Source: Chitinophagaceae bacterium (lineage in GTDB: Bacteria > Bacteroidota > Bacteroidia > Chitinophagales > Chitinophagaceae). Taken from it: DNA of 64,000 bases. The notes under the pieces are model-generated. The model saw only the letters and a list, made by a program, of their open reading frames with translations, was not told the DNA's origin and did not search any database. The stretch spans positions 1,586 through 65,585 of the forward strand of contig SHWX01000001.1 in assembly GCA_009693615.1 (NCBI GenBank), given 5' to 3'. This document shows positions 20,006 to 30,421 of this stretch, piece by piece. A program made the translations under genes and the position numbers. Position 1 is the stretch's first letter. Each line of letters begins with the position of its first letter.

Positions 20006-20470
20006 ATGGCCAAATCGAAAACAGTACAAGCTAAAGAGTTAAATAATAGGCAGGCCTATTTTAACTACCACATAGAGGATAAATATGAGGCAGGCATTGT
20101 ATTGTTAGGCACAGAAGTGAAATCTATTAGAGAAGGTAAGGTAAGTTTCAATGACTCCTTCTGTATGTTTGATAAAGGGGAACTATGGGTGCGCGGCTTA
20201 TTTATTAATGCCTATACCCATGGCAATGTTAATAATCATATTGAAGTGCATGACCGTAAATTATTATTACAAAAAAGAGAGCTTGAAAAATTAGAGACCA
20301 AGGTGAAAGAAAAAGGATTCTCTATTATTCCTTTGCGTATATTTTTTAATGATAAACATTATGCCAAAGTAGAAATTGGTGTAGGGAAGGGTAAAAAAGA
20401 ATTTGATAAGCGTGAAACGATTAAGTCCCGCGATGTAGATAAAGAGATTAAACGACTATTGAAGCGCTAA
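20006..20470 (+). CDS. smpB: SsrA-binding protein SmpB
   Basis: NRQAYFNY, EAGIVLLGTEVKS, RKLLL, GKGKKEFDKR; ATG at 20006. Confidence 0.97.
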   Translation: MAKSKTVQAKELNNRQAYFNYHIEDKYEAGIVLLGTEVKSIREGKVSFNDSFCMFDKGELWVRGLFINAYTHGNVNNHIEVHDRKLLLQKRELEKLETKVKEKGFSIIPLRIFFNDKHYAKVEIGVGKGKKEFDKRETIKSRDVDKEIKRLLKR

Positions 20471-20511
20471 GAATTTTCATAAAATAAATACGCCTTTACC
20501 GAATAAAACTT

Positions 20512-20611
20512 ATTTAAATATTGAAATTGGAAAAATGCTATATCGAACGAACTTTGTGAGCGAAGCGATCAGAGAGTGAGATATAGGTATTTTTTCATTT
20601 AATATTTAAAT
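20512..20611. repeat. ~100-bp imperfect hairpin element with TGAGCGAAGCGA apex (copy 1)
   Basis: Left arm ATTTAAATATTGAAATTGGAAAAATGCTATATC pairs with right arm GATATAGGTATTTTTTCATTTAATATTTAAAT; inner CTTTG/CAGAG; apex GCGAAGC at 20560-20566. Confidence 0.8.
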
Positions 20612-20617
20612 TGCCAA

Positions 20618-21046
20618 CTACTCATACTTTTTCTTCGGCGCATCATCACCCTTTAACTGTTCGGCGATGGCAGATGGATGTGGCTTATAGGTAGTGGCAT
20701 ATGCAATTGCTAATAATGCAGTGAATCCACCAAAAGACCAAGCCAATTCAATAGGGATTAACCAATAACCCCAGAATTTTTTAACCACCGCTTTTTGAGG
20801 ATTACTTAACTCATAAATTAATTCCAGCTTCTCTCCTATTTTAGAAGCATACTCAGCGCTATCTAATATTATTTTATACTCTTTGCCAAATTCAGAATAA
20901 ACAGCCACTATCTTAGTCCCAGACATTATCGCTTCCTTTACAATAATGCCAGGTGCTGTTTCACTATCAAAATAGTCAGGCACCCTACTAAAAGGTAGGT
21001 ATAAGAGAAAACAGGTAAGAAATAATAGGATCGAAGATTTAATCAT
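20618..21046 (-). CDS. Hypothetical membrane protein (two TM segments)
   Basis: 142-aa ORF with N- and C-terminal hydrophobic helices; no family recognised. Confidence 0.7.
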   Translation of the reverse strand: MIKSSILLFLTCFLLYLPFSRVPDYFDSETAPGIIVKEAIMSGTKIVAVYSEFGKEYKIILDSAEYASKIGEKLELIYELSNPQKAVVKKFWGYWLIPIELAWSFGGFTALLAIAYATTYKPHPSAIAEQLKGDDAPKKKYE

Positions 21047-21065
21047 TAAAAACAGGTTTTAAATT

Positions 21066-21099
21066 AAAAGAGCCCCTAGTATTACTACCAAGGACTCTT
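21066..21099 (-). terminator. Probable terminator after smc
   Basis: Minus strand AAGAGTCCTTGGTA-GTAA-TACTAGGGGCTCTTTT, with G-U pairs. Confidence 0.7.
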
Positions 21100-21120
21100 A
21101 AAGCGAATTCATAATATATT

Positions 21121-24100
21121 TTAATTACTCAAACTTCTAAAGTCAACAGGCACTAGCTTACTTACACCTGGTTCTTGCATGGTCACACCATATATAACAT
21201 CCACAGCACTCATAGTTTGTTTATTGTGTGTTACAATAATGAATTGTGAGTTATCGCTGAATTTCTGGATCATTTGTGTGAACTTACCTACGTTGGCATC
21301 ATCTAATGGGGCATCTACCTCATCCAAAATACAGAATGGTGCTGGCTTGATTAGATAAATGGCAAACAACATAGCAGTAGCTGTTAAGGTTCTCTCTCCT
21401 CCACTTAATTGACTAATAGAGGATGGCTTTTTACCTTTAGGACGCGCTACAATTTCTATAGCAGTTTCGGCTAAGTTTTCTGGATCAACTAATATTAAGT
21501 CACAAGAATCTTCTTCTGTAAATAAGGCTTTAAATACCTTTTGGAAGTTCTCTCTAGCCTGGTTGTATGTTTCTAGGAAGGCTTTATTAGCGGTGGCTTC
21601 TACTTCTTGAATAGTAAGCATTAAACTTTCTTTAGCAGTCACTAAGTCGTTCTTTTGTTCTAAAATGAAATCATAACGCTTTTTAATTTCAGTATAGGCT
21701 TCAATGGCTGTTGGATTTACTTCGCCCATATTCTCCAAGCGCTTCTTCATTCTATCTGCACTGGCTTGTAATTCTTCTAATGAAATTTCAGTAGCCCTGC
21801 CCTCGTCTAAGATTTCCTCTAATTCTACTTTAAACTCAACATTTAATCTTTCTTTCATGCCAGACAACTGTAATTTTAAATTATTCAGTTGGTCTTTTAT
21901 TTCATTAATTAATTGATCAATTAATTCTTTAGACTTAATCTGAATTCTTAAGGCACTCTCTTTTTCTTGTAAGATGTTTCTTAAATTATAATAAGCTTGA
22001 TCTGTTTCATTTAATTTCGACTCTTTCTCTTCCTTGGTCTTTAATAATTTAACCAAATCTTCTTCTAATTGCGCTAATTCAGCACGGCTTACAACAATAG
22101 CTGCACTTGCTTCTGTTAATTGAACACTATTGGTTTGTATTTGCGCACGTAAATCATTCAATTGATTTTCCTTAAATACCACCTCCTGTTGCAATGCCTC
22201 AATTTTGCTGTACTGCTTAGTTAATTGCAAATTCATTTCATTAAACTCGCCAGAAGCTAAATGATAGGCTTGCTCGGCTGCTTGATAAGCCAATTCAATA
22301 TCATTTAAATTAGACTGAGTTTGTTGTAAGGAAAGATTCAAGGCTTCTAATGCAATTCTTGTATCTGCAATAGCAGTATGCTCTTCCGTTATTTTATCTG
22401 CAAACTCTTTTAACTTAATAATAGCGGCAGACTGTGCTAGTTGTAAGTTCTCTAATCTATTCTTATTGGCAAATACTTCATTGATTAAAGTATTCACGGC
22501 TTGCTCTGTAGAACGGATTTCGTTTTCTTTCAAAAGCTCATTAAACTGTAATACAGAATTATGTTGTGTTTGAATAGTGGCTTTTAAATCGTTTACTACT
22601 TTTTCTTGTGCTTGAATATCTTCCAATAATTTTTCTAAATTCTTAGCACGACCAATTTTCTTTCCCTCAAATAAACCAACGCTACCTCCTGTTAAAGTAT
22701 ACTTACCTTTTACATACTTACCCGTTTTTTCTAAGATAATACCTGTATAATCGCCCAATAAGGCTTGTTCATTTTCAGCAATAAAAACATTGCCTAATAA
22801 ATGGTTCGCTAAAGCACTGTACTTACTGTCTATTTCAATAACTGATAAAGCAGAGATAGTATTAGCTGGTGCCGTATTGGCTGAAGCGCCGTTTAATTGA
22901 TCTAATAAGAAGAAATTGGCCTTCCCTTTTTTATTGTCATCCAATAATTGTACGGCCTGCATACCCTCTTTTAAATCATTGACTACATAATAGTTCAAAT
23001 AAGGCTCAAGTACATTCTCCACCGCTGCACGGTAGGCTTCTTGTACATATAAAATATCTGATAAAATAGGTGCTTGATGATTCCAGCCTGTATTCTTATG
23101 CAAGAACTTCACACTCTCAGGATAGCCATCCATAGAATCTACTAAGCTCTTTAATAAATCGTATTCGTTTTTCTTAGCGTCTAATTTTCTAGTTTGTTCT
23201 GCTAGTTCTGATCTTAGTATTTCTAGTTGCTCCTGTGTTTCAAAAATACTGGCTCTTGCATTATCATGCTGCGCTTGTAAAGCAGCTAAATTTGCTTTAT
23301 TAGTTTCTAAATCGGCTTCTTTGGTGGCTAATTGAGCAGTAATAGCTGCTATTTGACCTATTCTATGATTTTGTTCTTCTTCTAATTGCTGATGTGATCT
23401 TTGTACGTTTTGAATAGAAGTATCCGATACAGCTACTTTTTTCTCCGCATCAAATTGATTTCTTTGAATTTGTTGATAAGACTGACGCAAATTATCTAAA
23501 ATAGATCTTTGACTATCGAAGGAATCTCTTTTTTCAGTTAAAGCTGTTTGAGACTGATCAACTCTTGTTTTAAAGTCTTGGTATATTTTTTCTTCTTCTA
23601 CTACTTGTAGTTTGGTGTACTCGATAGAATCACCAATTGTTTTTAACTGCCCTTCTGCTTTTAATAAAAACTCTTGTAAAGAGGCTTCTTTATCATTTAG
23701 ATAATTTAGACGTTGTGCTGCTAAATTTTTATCGTTCTCTTTAGTTCTTAGTAAGGATAAGCTATCGTTGAACTGATGCTGCATTGCCTGCAAGCCCTTC
23801 TCTTTTTCAATAAAGACCACACGCTCTTGCTCTAAAGCAGCTTCTTCCAATGCGATAGCGGCTTCTAATTGAAATTTCTTATCTGTTTCTGTTTCTTGTT
23901 GCTCATTTAGCTCTTTATAGCTAATATTAAAACCCTCTAAAGAAGCCTTGGCTAATTCAATGGCAGTGTCTTTGTACTCTTTTTTGATTTCAAAATACTT
24001 TTCTGCTTTTTTAGCTTGATTCTCTAAAGTTTTTAATTGATTATTAATTTCAAATAATAAATCTTCGATACGCGCTAAATCTTGTTCAGTAGCGTCTAAT

Positions 24101-24639
24101 TTATTCTTCGCTTCTTTTTTTCTTGTTTTATAAATGGTAATACCCGCCGCTTGTTCTAACATTCTACGACGACTATTATCTTTATCCTTAATAATATCAT
24201 CTACCATTGCTAATTCGATAATGGCATAACTGTCGGTACTCACCCCTGTATCTAAGAATAAATTATGGATGTCTTTCAAACGACAAGCCACATCATTTAG
24301 TCGGTATTCACTCTCCCCGTTTTTATAAAAACGACGCGTTACGGTGATGGTGCTAAACTCGGTAGGTAATAAGTTTTTTGTATTCTCAAAAGTAAGGCTC
24401 ACTTCTGCCATACTACTTGCCGATCTGGTTTTACTTCCGTTAAAAACTAAAGAATCTAAATTTTCACTTCTTAAAGCTGAAATTTTCTGTTCTCCAATTA
24501 CCCATCTTATGCTATCTATGATATTACTTTTTCCACAACCATTGGGCCCAATAATGCCCGTAATTCCATCATCAAAACTTACAATTGTTTTGTCAGCAAA
24601 GCTCTTGAACCCTTTGATTTCTAATGACTTTAGTCTCAC
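21121..24639 (-). CDS. smc: Chromosome segregation protein SMC (GTG start)
   Basis: GFKSF, GPNGCGKSN, coiled coils flanking a hinge, LSGGE, LDEVDAPLD, IVTH. Confidence 0.97.
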   Translation of the reverse strand: MRLKSLEIKGFKSFADKTIVSFDDGITGIIGPNGCGKSNIIDSIRWVIGEQKISALRSENLDSLVFNGSKTRSASSMAEVSLTFENTKNLLPTEFSTITVTRRFYKNGESEYRLNDVACRLKDIHNLFLDTGVSTDSYAIIELAMVDDIIKDKDNSRRRMLEQAAGITIYKTRKKEAKNKLDATEQDLARIEDLLFEINNQLKTLENQAKKAEKYFEIKKEYKDTAIELAKASLEGFNISYKELNEQQETETDKKFQLEAAIALEEAALEQERVVFIEKEKGLQAMQHQFNDSLSLLRTKENDKNLAAQRLNYLNDKEASLQEFLLKAEGQLKTIGDSIEYTKLQVVEEEKIYQDFKTRVDQSQTALTEKRDSFDSQRSILDNLRQSYQQIQRNQFDAEKKVAVSDTSIQNVQRSHQQLEEEQNHRIGQIAAITAQLATKEADLETNKANLAALQAQHDNARASIFETQEQLEILRSELAEQTRKLDAKKNEYDLLKSLVDSMDGYPESVKFLHKNTGWNHQAPILSDILYVQEAYRAAVENVLEPYLNYYVVNDLKEGMQAVQLLDDNKKGKANFFLLDQLNGASANTAPANTISALSVIEIDSKYSALANHLLGNVFIAENEQALLGDYTGIILEKTGKYVKGKYTLTGGSVGLFEGKKIGRAKNLEKLLEDIQAQEKVVNDLKATIQTQHNSVLQFNELLKENEIRSTEQAVNTLINEVFANKNRLENLQLAQSAAIIKLKEFADKITEEHTAIADTRIALEALNLSLQQTQSNLNDIELAYQAAEQAYHLASGEFNEMNLQLTKQYSKIEALQQEVVFKENQLNDLRAQIQTNSVQLTEASAAIVVSRAELAQLEEDLVKLLKTKEEKESKLNETDQAYYNLRNILQEKESALRIQIKSKELIDQLINEIKDQLNNLKLQLSGMKERLNVEFKVELEEILDEGRATEISLEELQASADRMKKRLENMGEVNPTAIEAYTEIKKRYDFILEQKNDLVTAKESLMLTIQEVEATANKAFLETYNQARENFQKVFKALFTEEDSCDLILVDPENLAETAIEIVARPKGKKPSSISQLSGGERTLTATAMLFAIYLIKPAPFCILDEVDAPLDDANVGKFTQMIQKFSDNSQFIIVTHNKQTMSAVDVIYGVTMQEPGVSKLVPVDFRSLSN

Positions 24640-24731
24640 TTGTTATCTTCTATTTTATGCTGCGAACATAAGAAAAAGAGCCAAGAAATCAAGGCCTAAA
24701 TACTGTTTTGTGTACAATTAGTGGAGAAAAA

Positions 24732-25406
24732 TTAAGCCTGCGCAATAAGCCTACCTCCAATGGTAGCTAAGGTTCTTGAAGGAAATTTATTAACAACCAT
24801 AAAATCGTGAGTTGCCATTACAATAGCGGTTCCATCATCCTTGGCTATCTGAAATAATAATTGCATGATTTCATCGCTGGTTTCAGGGTCTAAACTTCCT
24901 GTTGGCTCGTCTGCTAATATCAATTTAGGGGAATTTAATAAGGCCCTAGCAATATCCACTCTTTGTTGCTCGCCCCCACTCATCTCATAGGTCATTTTAA
25001 AGCCTTTATTTTGAAGCCCTACTTTAGCTAGTACATCTTCAATTTTTTGTTCTACCATACGCTCGTCTTTCCAGCCAGTGGCCTTTAGTACAAAACGTAA
25101 GTTCTCATGTACATTTCTGTCGGTAAGTAATTGGAAGTCCTGAAAAACGACTCCTAAATTTCTTCTTAAAAAAGGAAGCTTCTTCCAATCCATATCTTTT
25201 AAATCATAGCCTACCACCAAACCTTTTCCTTCGGTTATGCTTACTTCGCCGTATAATGATTTCAATAAACTACTTTTACCCGTACCTGTCTTACCTACTA
25301 AATATACAAACTCTCCTTTTTGAACCGTAAAATTTACATCTTGCAAAATGAGATTCCCACTTTGATAAATATTTACATTTTCTAATTGCACTACTATTTC
25401 GCTCAT
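24732..25406 (-). CDS. FtsE-like ABC ATP-binding protein
   Basis: [36 protein letters not shown]. Confidence 0.88.
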   Translation of the reverse strand: MSEIVVQLENVNIYQSGNLILQDVNFTVQKGEFVYLVGKTGTGKSSLLKSLYGEVSITEGKGLVVGYDLKDMDWKKLPFLRRNLGVVFQDFQLLTDRNVHENLRFVLKATGWKDERMVEQKIEDVLAKVGLQNKGFKMTYEMSGGEQQRVDIARALLNSPKLILADEPTGSLDPETSDEIMQLLFQIAKDDGTAIVMATHDFMVVNKFPSRTLATIGGRLIAQA

Positions 25407-25459
25407 ATCTTAGTTTGTTAGTGTAAAATTGTTTTCTACTGATCTTTTAAAATTCTAAA

Positions 25460-25492
25460 ATTATTCAATCTTCTACATTATTCAATCTTCTA
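25460..25492. repeat. Short direct repeat, 2 x ATTATTCAATCTTCTA (17-nt period)
   Basis: Copies at 25460-25475 and 25477-25492 in the purM-ftsE gap. Confidence 0.75.
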
Positions 25493-25495
25493 AAA

Positions 25496-26674
25496 TTAAT
25501 AGCTAAAACTTTCTGTTCCAAAACTTCCTTTTAAAATTAATTCTTTTTGAGTAGATGCTTCCACCCTGCCTATCATTTGAGATTCAATATTGAATGTTTT
25601 AGCCAAGGCTATTAAAGCAGCTGCCGACGCCTCGTCCGTAAAAATTTCTAATCGGTGGCCCATATTAAATACCTGATACATTTCTTTAGTATTCGCTCCA
25701 GAATTTTCTTGAATTAAATTAAATATAGGAGGCACTTCTAAAAAATTATCTTTCACAATGCGCATAGGGCCAGGCAAATACTTCATGCATTTTGTTTGTC
25801 CACCCCCACTACAATGTATCATTCCTTTGACTGCATCGAAATGCTTATCTAGTATAGCTTTCACAAGTGGGGCATAAGTACGCGTGGGACTTAATAATAA
25901 TTTTCCAATACTAATAGCGCCAAAACCAGGTATATCCAATGTATCGGTCATTTTATTTTTTCCAATATATACTACTTGTTCATTTAAACTTGGTTCAAAA
26001 GTTTCAGGGTATTTTTTTGCATAGGCATGTTCTAAAACATCATGTCTTGCACTGGTAAGTCCATTGCTGCCAAGTCCACTATTATAGGCGGTTTCATAAC
26101 TTGCTTGGCCATAACTAGAAAATCCAACGATAACTTGTCCTGCTGCAATTTTGTCGTTGGTAATTAGTTTTGCCTTAGGCCATCTTGCTGTCATGGTTCC
26201 ATTTACAGCAATTGTTCTCACTACATCTCCTACATCGGCAGTTTCTCCGCCTAAAAATTCAATTTGTATACCGAATTTTTTGAGTGTATTAAAAAAATTC
26301 TGTGTGCCATTAATAACCTCGCTTAATACTTCTCCTGTAATCACTAATTTATTTCTATCAATGGTGGAAGAGAATAATATTTGATCATAAATACCTACAC
26401 ATAATAAATCGTCTAAATTCATGGCAATGGCATCTTGTGCAATGCCTCTCCAAACACTTACATCTCCTGTTTCTTTCCAATAGAGATAAGCTAGTATACT
26501 TTTAGTACCTGCTCCATCGGCATGCATTATGTTAATAAAGTCAGATTGACCCCCTAAATAGTCGGCATATAGCTTACAAAAAGCATTCGGATATAAGCCT
26601 TGGTCAAGGTCCTTAATAGCCGCATGCACTTCTTCTTTTTGAGCGGAAACCCCGCGTTGAGCATACAATGACAT
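25496..26674 (-). CDS. purM: Phosphoribosylformylglycinamidine cyclo-ligase (AIR synthase)
   Basis: ATG at 26674 (MSLYAQRGVS); HADGAGTK, MNLDD, GGETAD, GSNG, HCSGGG, EMYQVFNMG. Confidence 0.93.
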   Translation of the reverse strand: MSLYAQRGVSAQKEEVHAAIKDLDQGLYPNAFCKLYADYLGGQSDFINIMHADGAGTKSILAYLYWKETGDVSVWRGIAQDAIAMNLDDLLCVGIYDQILFSSTIDRNKLVITGEVLSEVINGTQNFFNTLKKFGIQIEFLGGETADVGDVVRTIAVNGTMTARWPKAKLITNDKIAAGQVIVGFSSYGQASYETAYNSGLGSNGLTSARHDVLEHAYAKKYPETFEPSLNEQVVYIGKNKMTDTLDIPGFGAISIGKLLLSPTRTYAPLVKAILDKHFDAVKGMIHCSGGGQTKCMKYLPGPMRIVKDNFLEVPPIFNLIQENSGANTKEMYQVFNMGHRLEIFTDEASAAALIALAKTFNIESQMIGRVEASTQKELILKGSFGTESFSY

Positions 26675-26742
26675 GAATCTAAATTGGTTTATGGCATAAA
26701 GGTACAATTGTTTTACATTTGTGCCATATTTAGACAACGAAG

Positions 26743-27687
26743 ATGATAGTTCACCACGATTTAAAACAATTACCCGCTTTCAAAAATGCTGTTATTACCA
26801 CGGGGGCCTTTGACGGAGTGCATATAGGCCATCAAGAGATTATTAGCAGGATGAAGCAAATAGCCCTTGAAATTGGCGGAGAAACAGTCATTGTCACTTT
26901 TCATCCGCATCCAAGAAAAGTAATCTCCTCTATTCCTGGAGAAATTAAACAACTTACTAGCCTAGAAGAAAGAATTGAATTACTAAAACAAAGCGGCATT
27001 GACCATTTAGTAGTAGTCAAATTTGATTACGCTTTTTCTAATTTAAGCGCTGATGAATATATTAAAGCCTTTTTATTTGACCATTTCCATCCGCACACTA
27101 TATTAGTAGGCTATGACCACCGATTTGGTAATGGCCGCAATGGAAACTATGATCTACTAGAAAAATTTGGCAACGAATTAGGTTTTAAAGTAGAGCAAAT
27201 TCATGAAAAAATTATAGATCAAGAAATTGTAAGTTCTACCCAGATAAGAAACTATATACTAGAACATGCCATTGAAAAAGCCAATGCATTATTGGGCTAT
27301 CCTTACTTATTTGACGGATTTGTAGTAAGAGGTAACCAAATAGGACGCACCATAGGATTCCCCACTGCGAATTTGCATATTAATGATGAAGAAAAAATAA
27401 TTCCTTCCAATGGCGTATATGCCGTTAAAGTAAAAGGTAATTGCCTAGGTAATATTATTTATAATGGTATGATGAATATTGGCATTAGACCCACTGTGGA
27501 TGGACAAAAGAAAGTCATTGAAGTACATATTTTAGATTTTGATCAAGACATTTATGAGCAAAATTTAACTGTCATGGTGTATGAATATATTAGAGGAGAA
27601 GTAAAGTTTGATGGACTAGAGGCCTTAAAAGTACAATTAGCCAAAGACAAAATAACCACAGCGGCTATTTTAAAGAAGTATCAATAG
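26743..27687 (+). CDS. ribF: Bifunctional riboflavin kinase/FAD synthetase
   Basis: GAFDGVHIGH, GYDHRFG, VSSTQIR, GRTIGFPTAN, NIGIRPT, IEVH. Confidence 0.96.
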   Translation: MIVHHDLKQLPAFKNAVITTGAFDGVHIGHQEIISRMKQIALEIGGETVIVTFHPHPRKVISSIPGEIKQLTSLEERIELLKQSGIDHLVVVKFDYAFSNLSADEYIKAFLFDHFHPHTILVGYDHRFGNGRNGNYDLLEKFGNELGFKVEQIHEKIIDQEIVSSTQIRNYILEHAIEKANALLGYPYLFDGFVVRGNQIGRTIGFPTANLHINDEEKIIPSNGVYAVKVKGNCLGNIIYNGMMNIGIRPTVDGQKKVIEVHILDFDQDIYEQNLTVMVYEYIRGEVKFDGLEALKVQLAKDKITTAAILKKYQ

Positions 27688-27689
27688 TC

Positions 27690-28709
27690 TTATGCTGGCT
27701 GCTTTTCAGGTACATCCATAATTTTAACAACCAATTCTTTTAATAAATCGGCGTCTGTATTACCACTATCATTAACGCCTACTACTCTTAAATTATATTC
27801 ATGTATAAGCATAAGAACATGCTCCACTTTCGAATATGAATATTGTCTGAGTGCTGCTAAATAAATTTTAACTGCAAAAAATGAAACCCCTACTTCACTC
27901 ATAATTCTTTTTTCATCACTACTATTCAAACCATAAATAGCATATAGCTTAGAAAAGAAAGCATATAAAGTAGGTAGTATTAATTGTATGGGGGCTGCTT
28001 TATTATTGGATTCAAAATATTGAATCATACGAATGGCTTTGGCAAAGTTTTTTTGCCCTAATGCCTCTTGAAATTCAAAGGCATTGTATTCTTTGCTAAT
28101 ACCTATATATTTTTCAATATCATCTTCAGTCATTTTCTTACGATCGCCCAAATTCACAATAAGCTTTTCTAATTCATTTTGAATTCTACTTAAATCATTG
28201 CCAATATGGTCTACTAAAATTTGTACCGCTTTTGGTGCAATTTGAAAGCCTCTATCTGCTACCCATTCATTCACCCATTCAGGTAGCTTACTATCATACA
28301 TTTTTTTAGTAGCTATAAAAGTAGTTTTGGACTTTAATAGTTTACCAAATGTTTTACGACCATCGATGTTTTTATCCTTATAAGCCACAATTAAAATAGT
28401 AGAAGACAAGGGATTTTCTACATAGGATTCTAACTTTTCAATTTGACCCATTAATTGAGCCTCTTTAATAATGACCACCTGACGTTCTGCAAAAACAGGA
28501 TAACGCTTACACGCATTCATAATCTCCGACCATTCTGCATCCTTTCCATAAAAAATAGTGAGGTTAAAGGCCCGTTCTGCTTCAGGAAGTAGTTGCTTTT
28601 CGGCATAGTCTATTACTTTGTCTATATAATACGCTTCTTCGCCTTCTAGCCAATAAATAGCATCAAAAACATTTTTTTTCCAGTTAGCAATAATTGTAGA
28701 AGTAGGCAT
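27690..28709 (-). CDS. holA: DNA polymerase III delta subunit
   Basis: YWLEGEEAYYID, FNLTIFYG, YPVFAERQVV, NELEKL; ATG at 28709. Confidence 0.92.
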   Translation of the reverse strand: MPTSTIIANWKKNVFDAIYWLEGEEAYYIDKVIDYAEKQLLPEAERAFNLTIFYGKDAEWSEIMNACKRYPVFAERQVVIIKEAQLMGQIEKLESYVENPLSSTILIVAYKDKNIDGRKTFGKLLKSKTTFIATKKMYDSKLPEWVNEWVADRGFQIAPKAVQILVDHIGNDLSRIQNELEKLIVNLGDRKKMTEDDIEKYIGISKEYNAFEFQEALGQKNFAKAIRMIQYFESNNKAAPIQLILPTLYAFFSKLYAIYGLNSSDEKRIMSEVGVSFFAVKIYLAALRQYSYSKVEHVLMLIHEYNLRVVGVNDSGNTDADLLKELVVKIMDVPEKQPA

Positions 28710-28854
28710 ATTCAAATATAAAGATAAGTCACACTTGAATCTTAAATTTTTATAAATAATTGGCTAAAAATCAACCCCCTATTAACTTAGGGTATATTAT
28801 TTAGTAATATGTTCCATTTTTTGTATCTTTGAAGCCTTAAACTAAAAAAATTTT

Positions 28855-29763
28855 ATGAGTAACGAATCTTCTAGCATGAGCAGTAAAATAACCATCGGGG
28901 TTTTAGTATTAGTCATTATTGGCTCTTGGATATATTTCAGTAGTACAAAAGTGGACATTATTACTACCTATGACAACAAAATAGCTGTGATTGACAGTGC
29001 TAAAGCAAAAATTCAAGCTGAATTTATAGAAGTATCTGCTAAAGCAGATTCTTTAACCAACCAAAATACGAGCCTTCAAGGCGATTTATTAGACAAGTCT
29101 AATCAAATCCAAAAATTGAAATCTAATATCAGTACTATTTTACGTAAACAAAATGCTACAGATGTAGAATTAGCAGAAGCTAAAACTTTAATTGCCGATT
29201 TAAATGGCAAGGTAACTAACCTATTTGCAGACCTTAGTAAGGCTCAAGCTGAAAACAAAGATTTATCTGCAAAAAACGAAGTTTTAAATACAACGAATAC
29301 AACCTTAAATACGAATTTAACGGCTACTCAAAAAGAGAGAGAAAGATTACAAGATATTGGTTCTACTTTACACGCTTCTACATTTAGCATACAAGCTTTA
29401 AGAGTTAAAGATGACGGCTCTGAGAAAGTAACGAGCAACACTAAAAGAGCCAATACCATTCGCTTGTCTTTCCAAATTGATAGAAACAAAATCACGCCAA
29501 CAGGTGCACAAGAATTATTTGTTTGCATTACTAGCCCAGATGGTAAAGCTTTCGACGAAACGGGTAAAATAAATACAAGAGAAGATGGTGCTAAAGCCTA
29601 TTCTAACAAATTATCAGTTCAATACGAACAAAATAAAGATTTACCTGTAAGCTATGATATCAAAAATATAACCTTTACTGAAGGAGAATACTTAGTAGAA
29701 ATTTATCATAACGGTTTTAAAATTGGAGAAGGTAAAACTAAATTAACGAAGGGTTTATTTTAG
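28855..29763 (+). CDS. Membrane-anchored coiled-coil hypothetical protein
   Basis: One N-terminal TM, long heptad region, beta-rich C terminus (GEYLVEIY); TATCTTTG at 28824-28831. Confidence 0.8.
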   Translation: MSNESSSMSSKITIGVLVLVIIGSWIYFSSTKVDIITTYDNKIAVIDSAKAKIQAEFIEVSAKADSLTNQNTSLQGDLLDKSNQIQKLKSNISTILRKQNATDVELAEAKTLIADLNGKVTNLFADLSKAQAENKDLSAKNEVLNTTNTTLNTNLTATQKERERLQDIGSTLHASTFSIQALRVKDDGSEKVTSNTKRANTIRLSFQIDRNKITPTGAQELFVCITSPDGKAFDETGKINTREDGAKAYSNKLSVQYEQNKDLPVSYDIKNITFTEGEYLVEIYHNGFKIGEGKTKLTKGLF

Positions 29764-29847
29764 TAGACCCTATTTTAAACATAGTAGTACTAAAAGTATA
29801 AATATTGAAAGTAATAGCACTTAATTCTTTCATAAGAATATGAACAG

Positions 29848-29879
29848 AAAAGGCCTCCCTTTAAAAGGAGGCCTTTTTT
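29848..29879. terminator. Bidirectional intrinsic terminator
   Basis: AAAAGGCCTCC...GGAGGCCTTTTT between convergent genes. Confidence 0.85.
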
Positions 29880-29916
29880 AATATCCCTATTTAATAAAGT
29901 AAATACTTTACTAAAT

Positions 29917-30231
29917 CTAGTTCACTAATTCATTGGTACTGCTAAAATCCTGCATCATACCACCAATAGGTATCTCATTGTAGGATAAAGCATAAAACCA
30001 TAATTGAATGGCAGCAGGGGAAATAGACTCTACAAAGAAATTGGCTTTGCTTAACAAAGGAATTAATTTGCTGCTTATTTCTTGCATATCACTTCCCTCT
30101 TCGGATAGCGTGTATGCATTTAATAATCTTTTCAACTGTGCTAATTCATTGTCCAATAAATGATCGAAGGCATGCAACTGTATAAATTCCGAAACGGCTT
30201 CATACAACATTGCTTTGTTAGTAGCTTTCAT
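29917..30231 (-). CDS. Orphan hypothetical protein (104 aa)
   Basis: ATG start preceded by A-rich leader, terminator downstream; no family recognised. Confidence 0.6.
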   Translation of the reverse strand: MKATNKAMLYEAVSEFIQLHAFDHLLDNELAQLKRLLNAYTLSEEGSDMQEISSKLIPLLSKANFFVESISPAAIQLWFYALSYNEIPIGGMMQDFSSTNELVN

Positions 30232-30421
30232 ACATATTGTTTTTTAGGTTTTGGATTACGATATAAAGTTCGCAACATAATGTTTACTAATTGTTAACAA
30301 TAGTCATTTTTACTTGCTTGTGGAAAACTTGACAAAAAATGTTTGTATACTAATTAATATTGACTAATCTTTTATTAATTCATTGAAAATGAATTGGTTA
30401 GATAAAATAAAGTAGTAGAAA

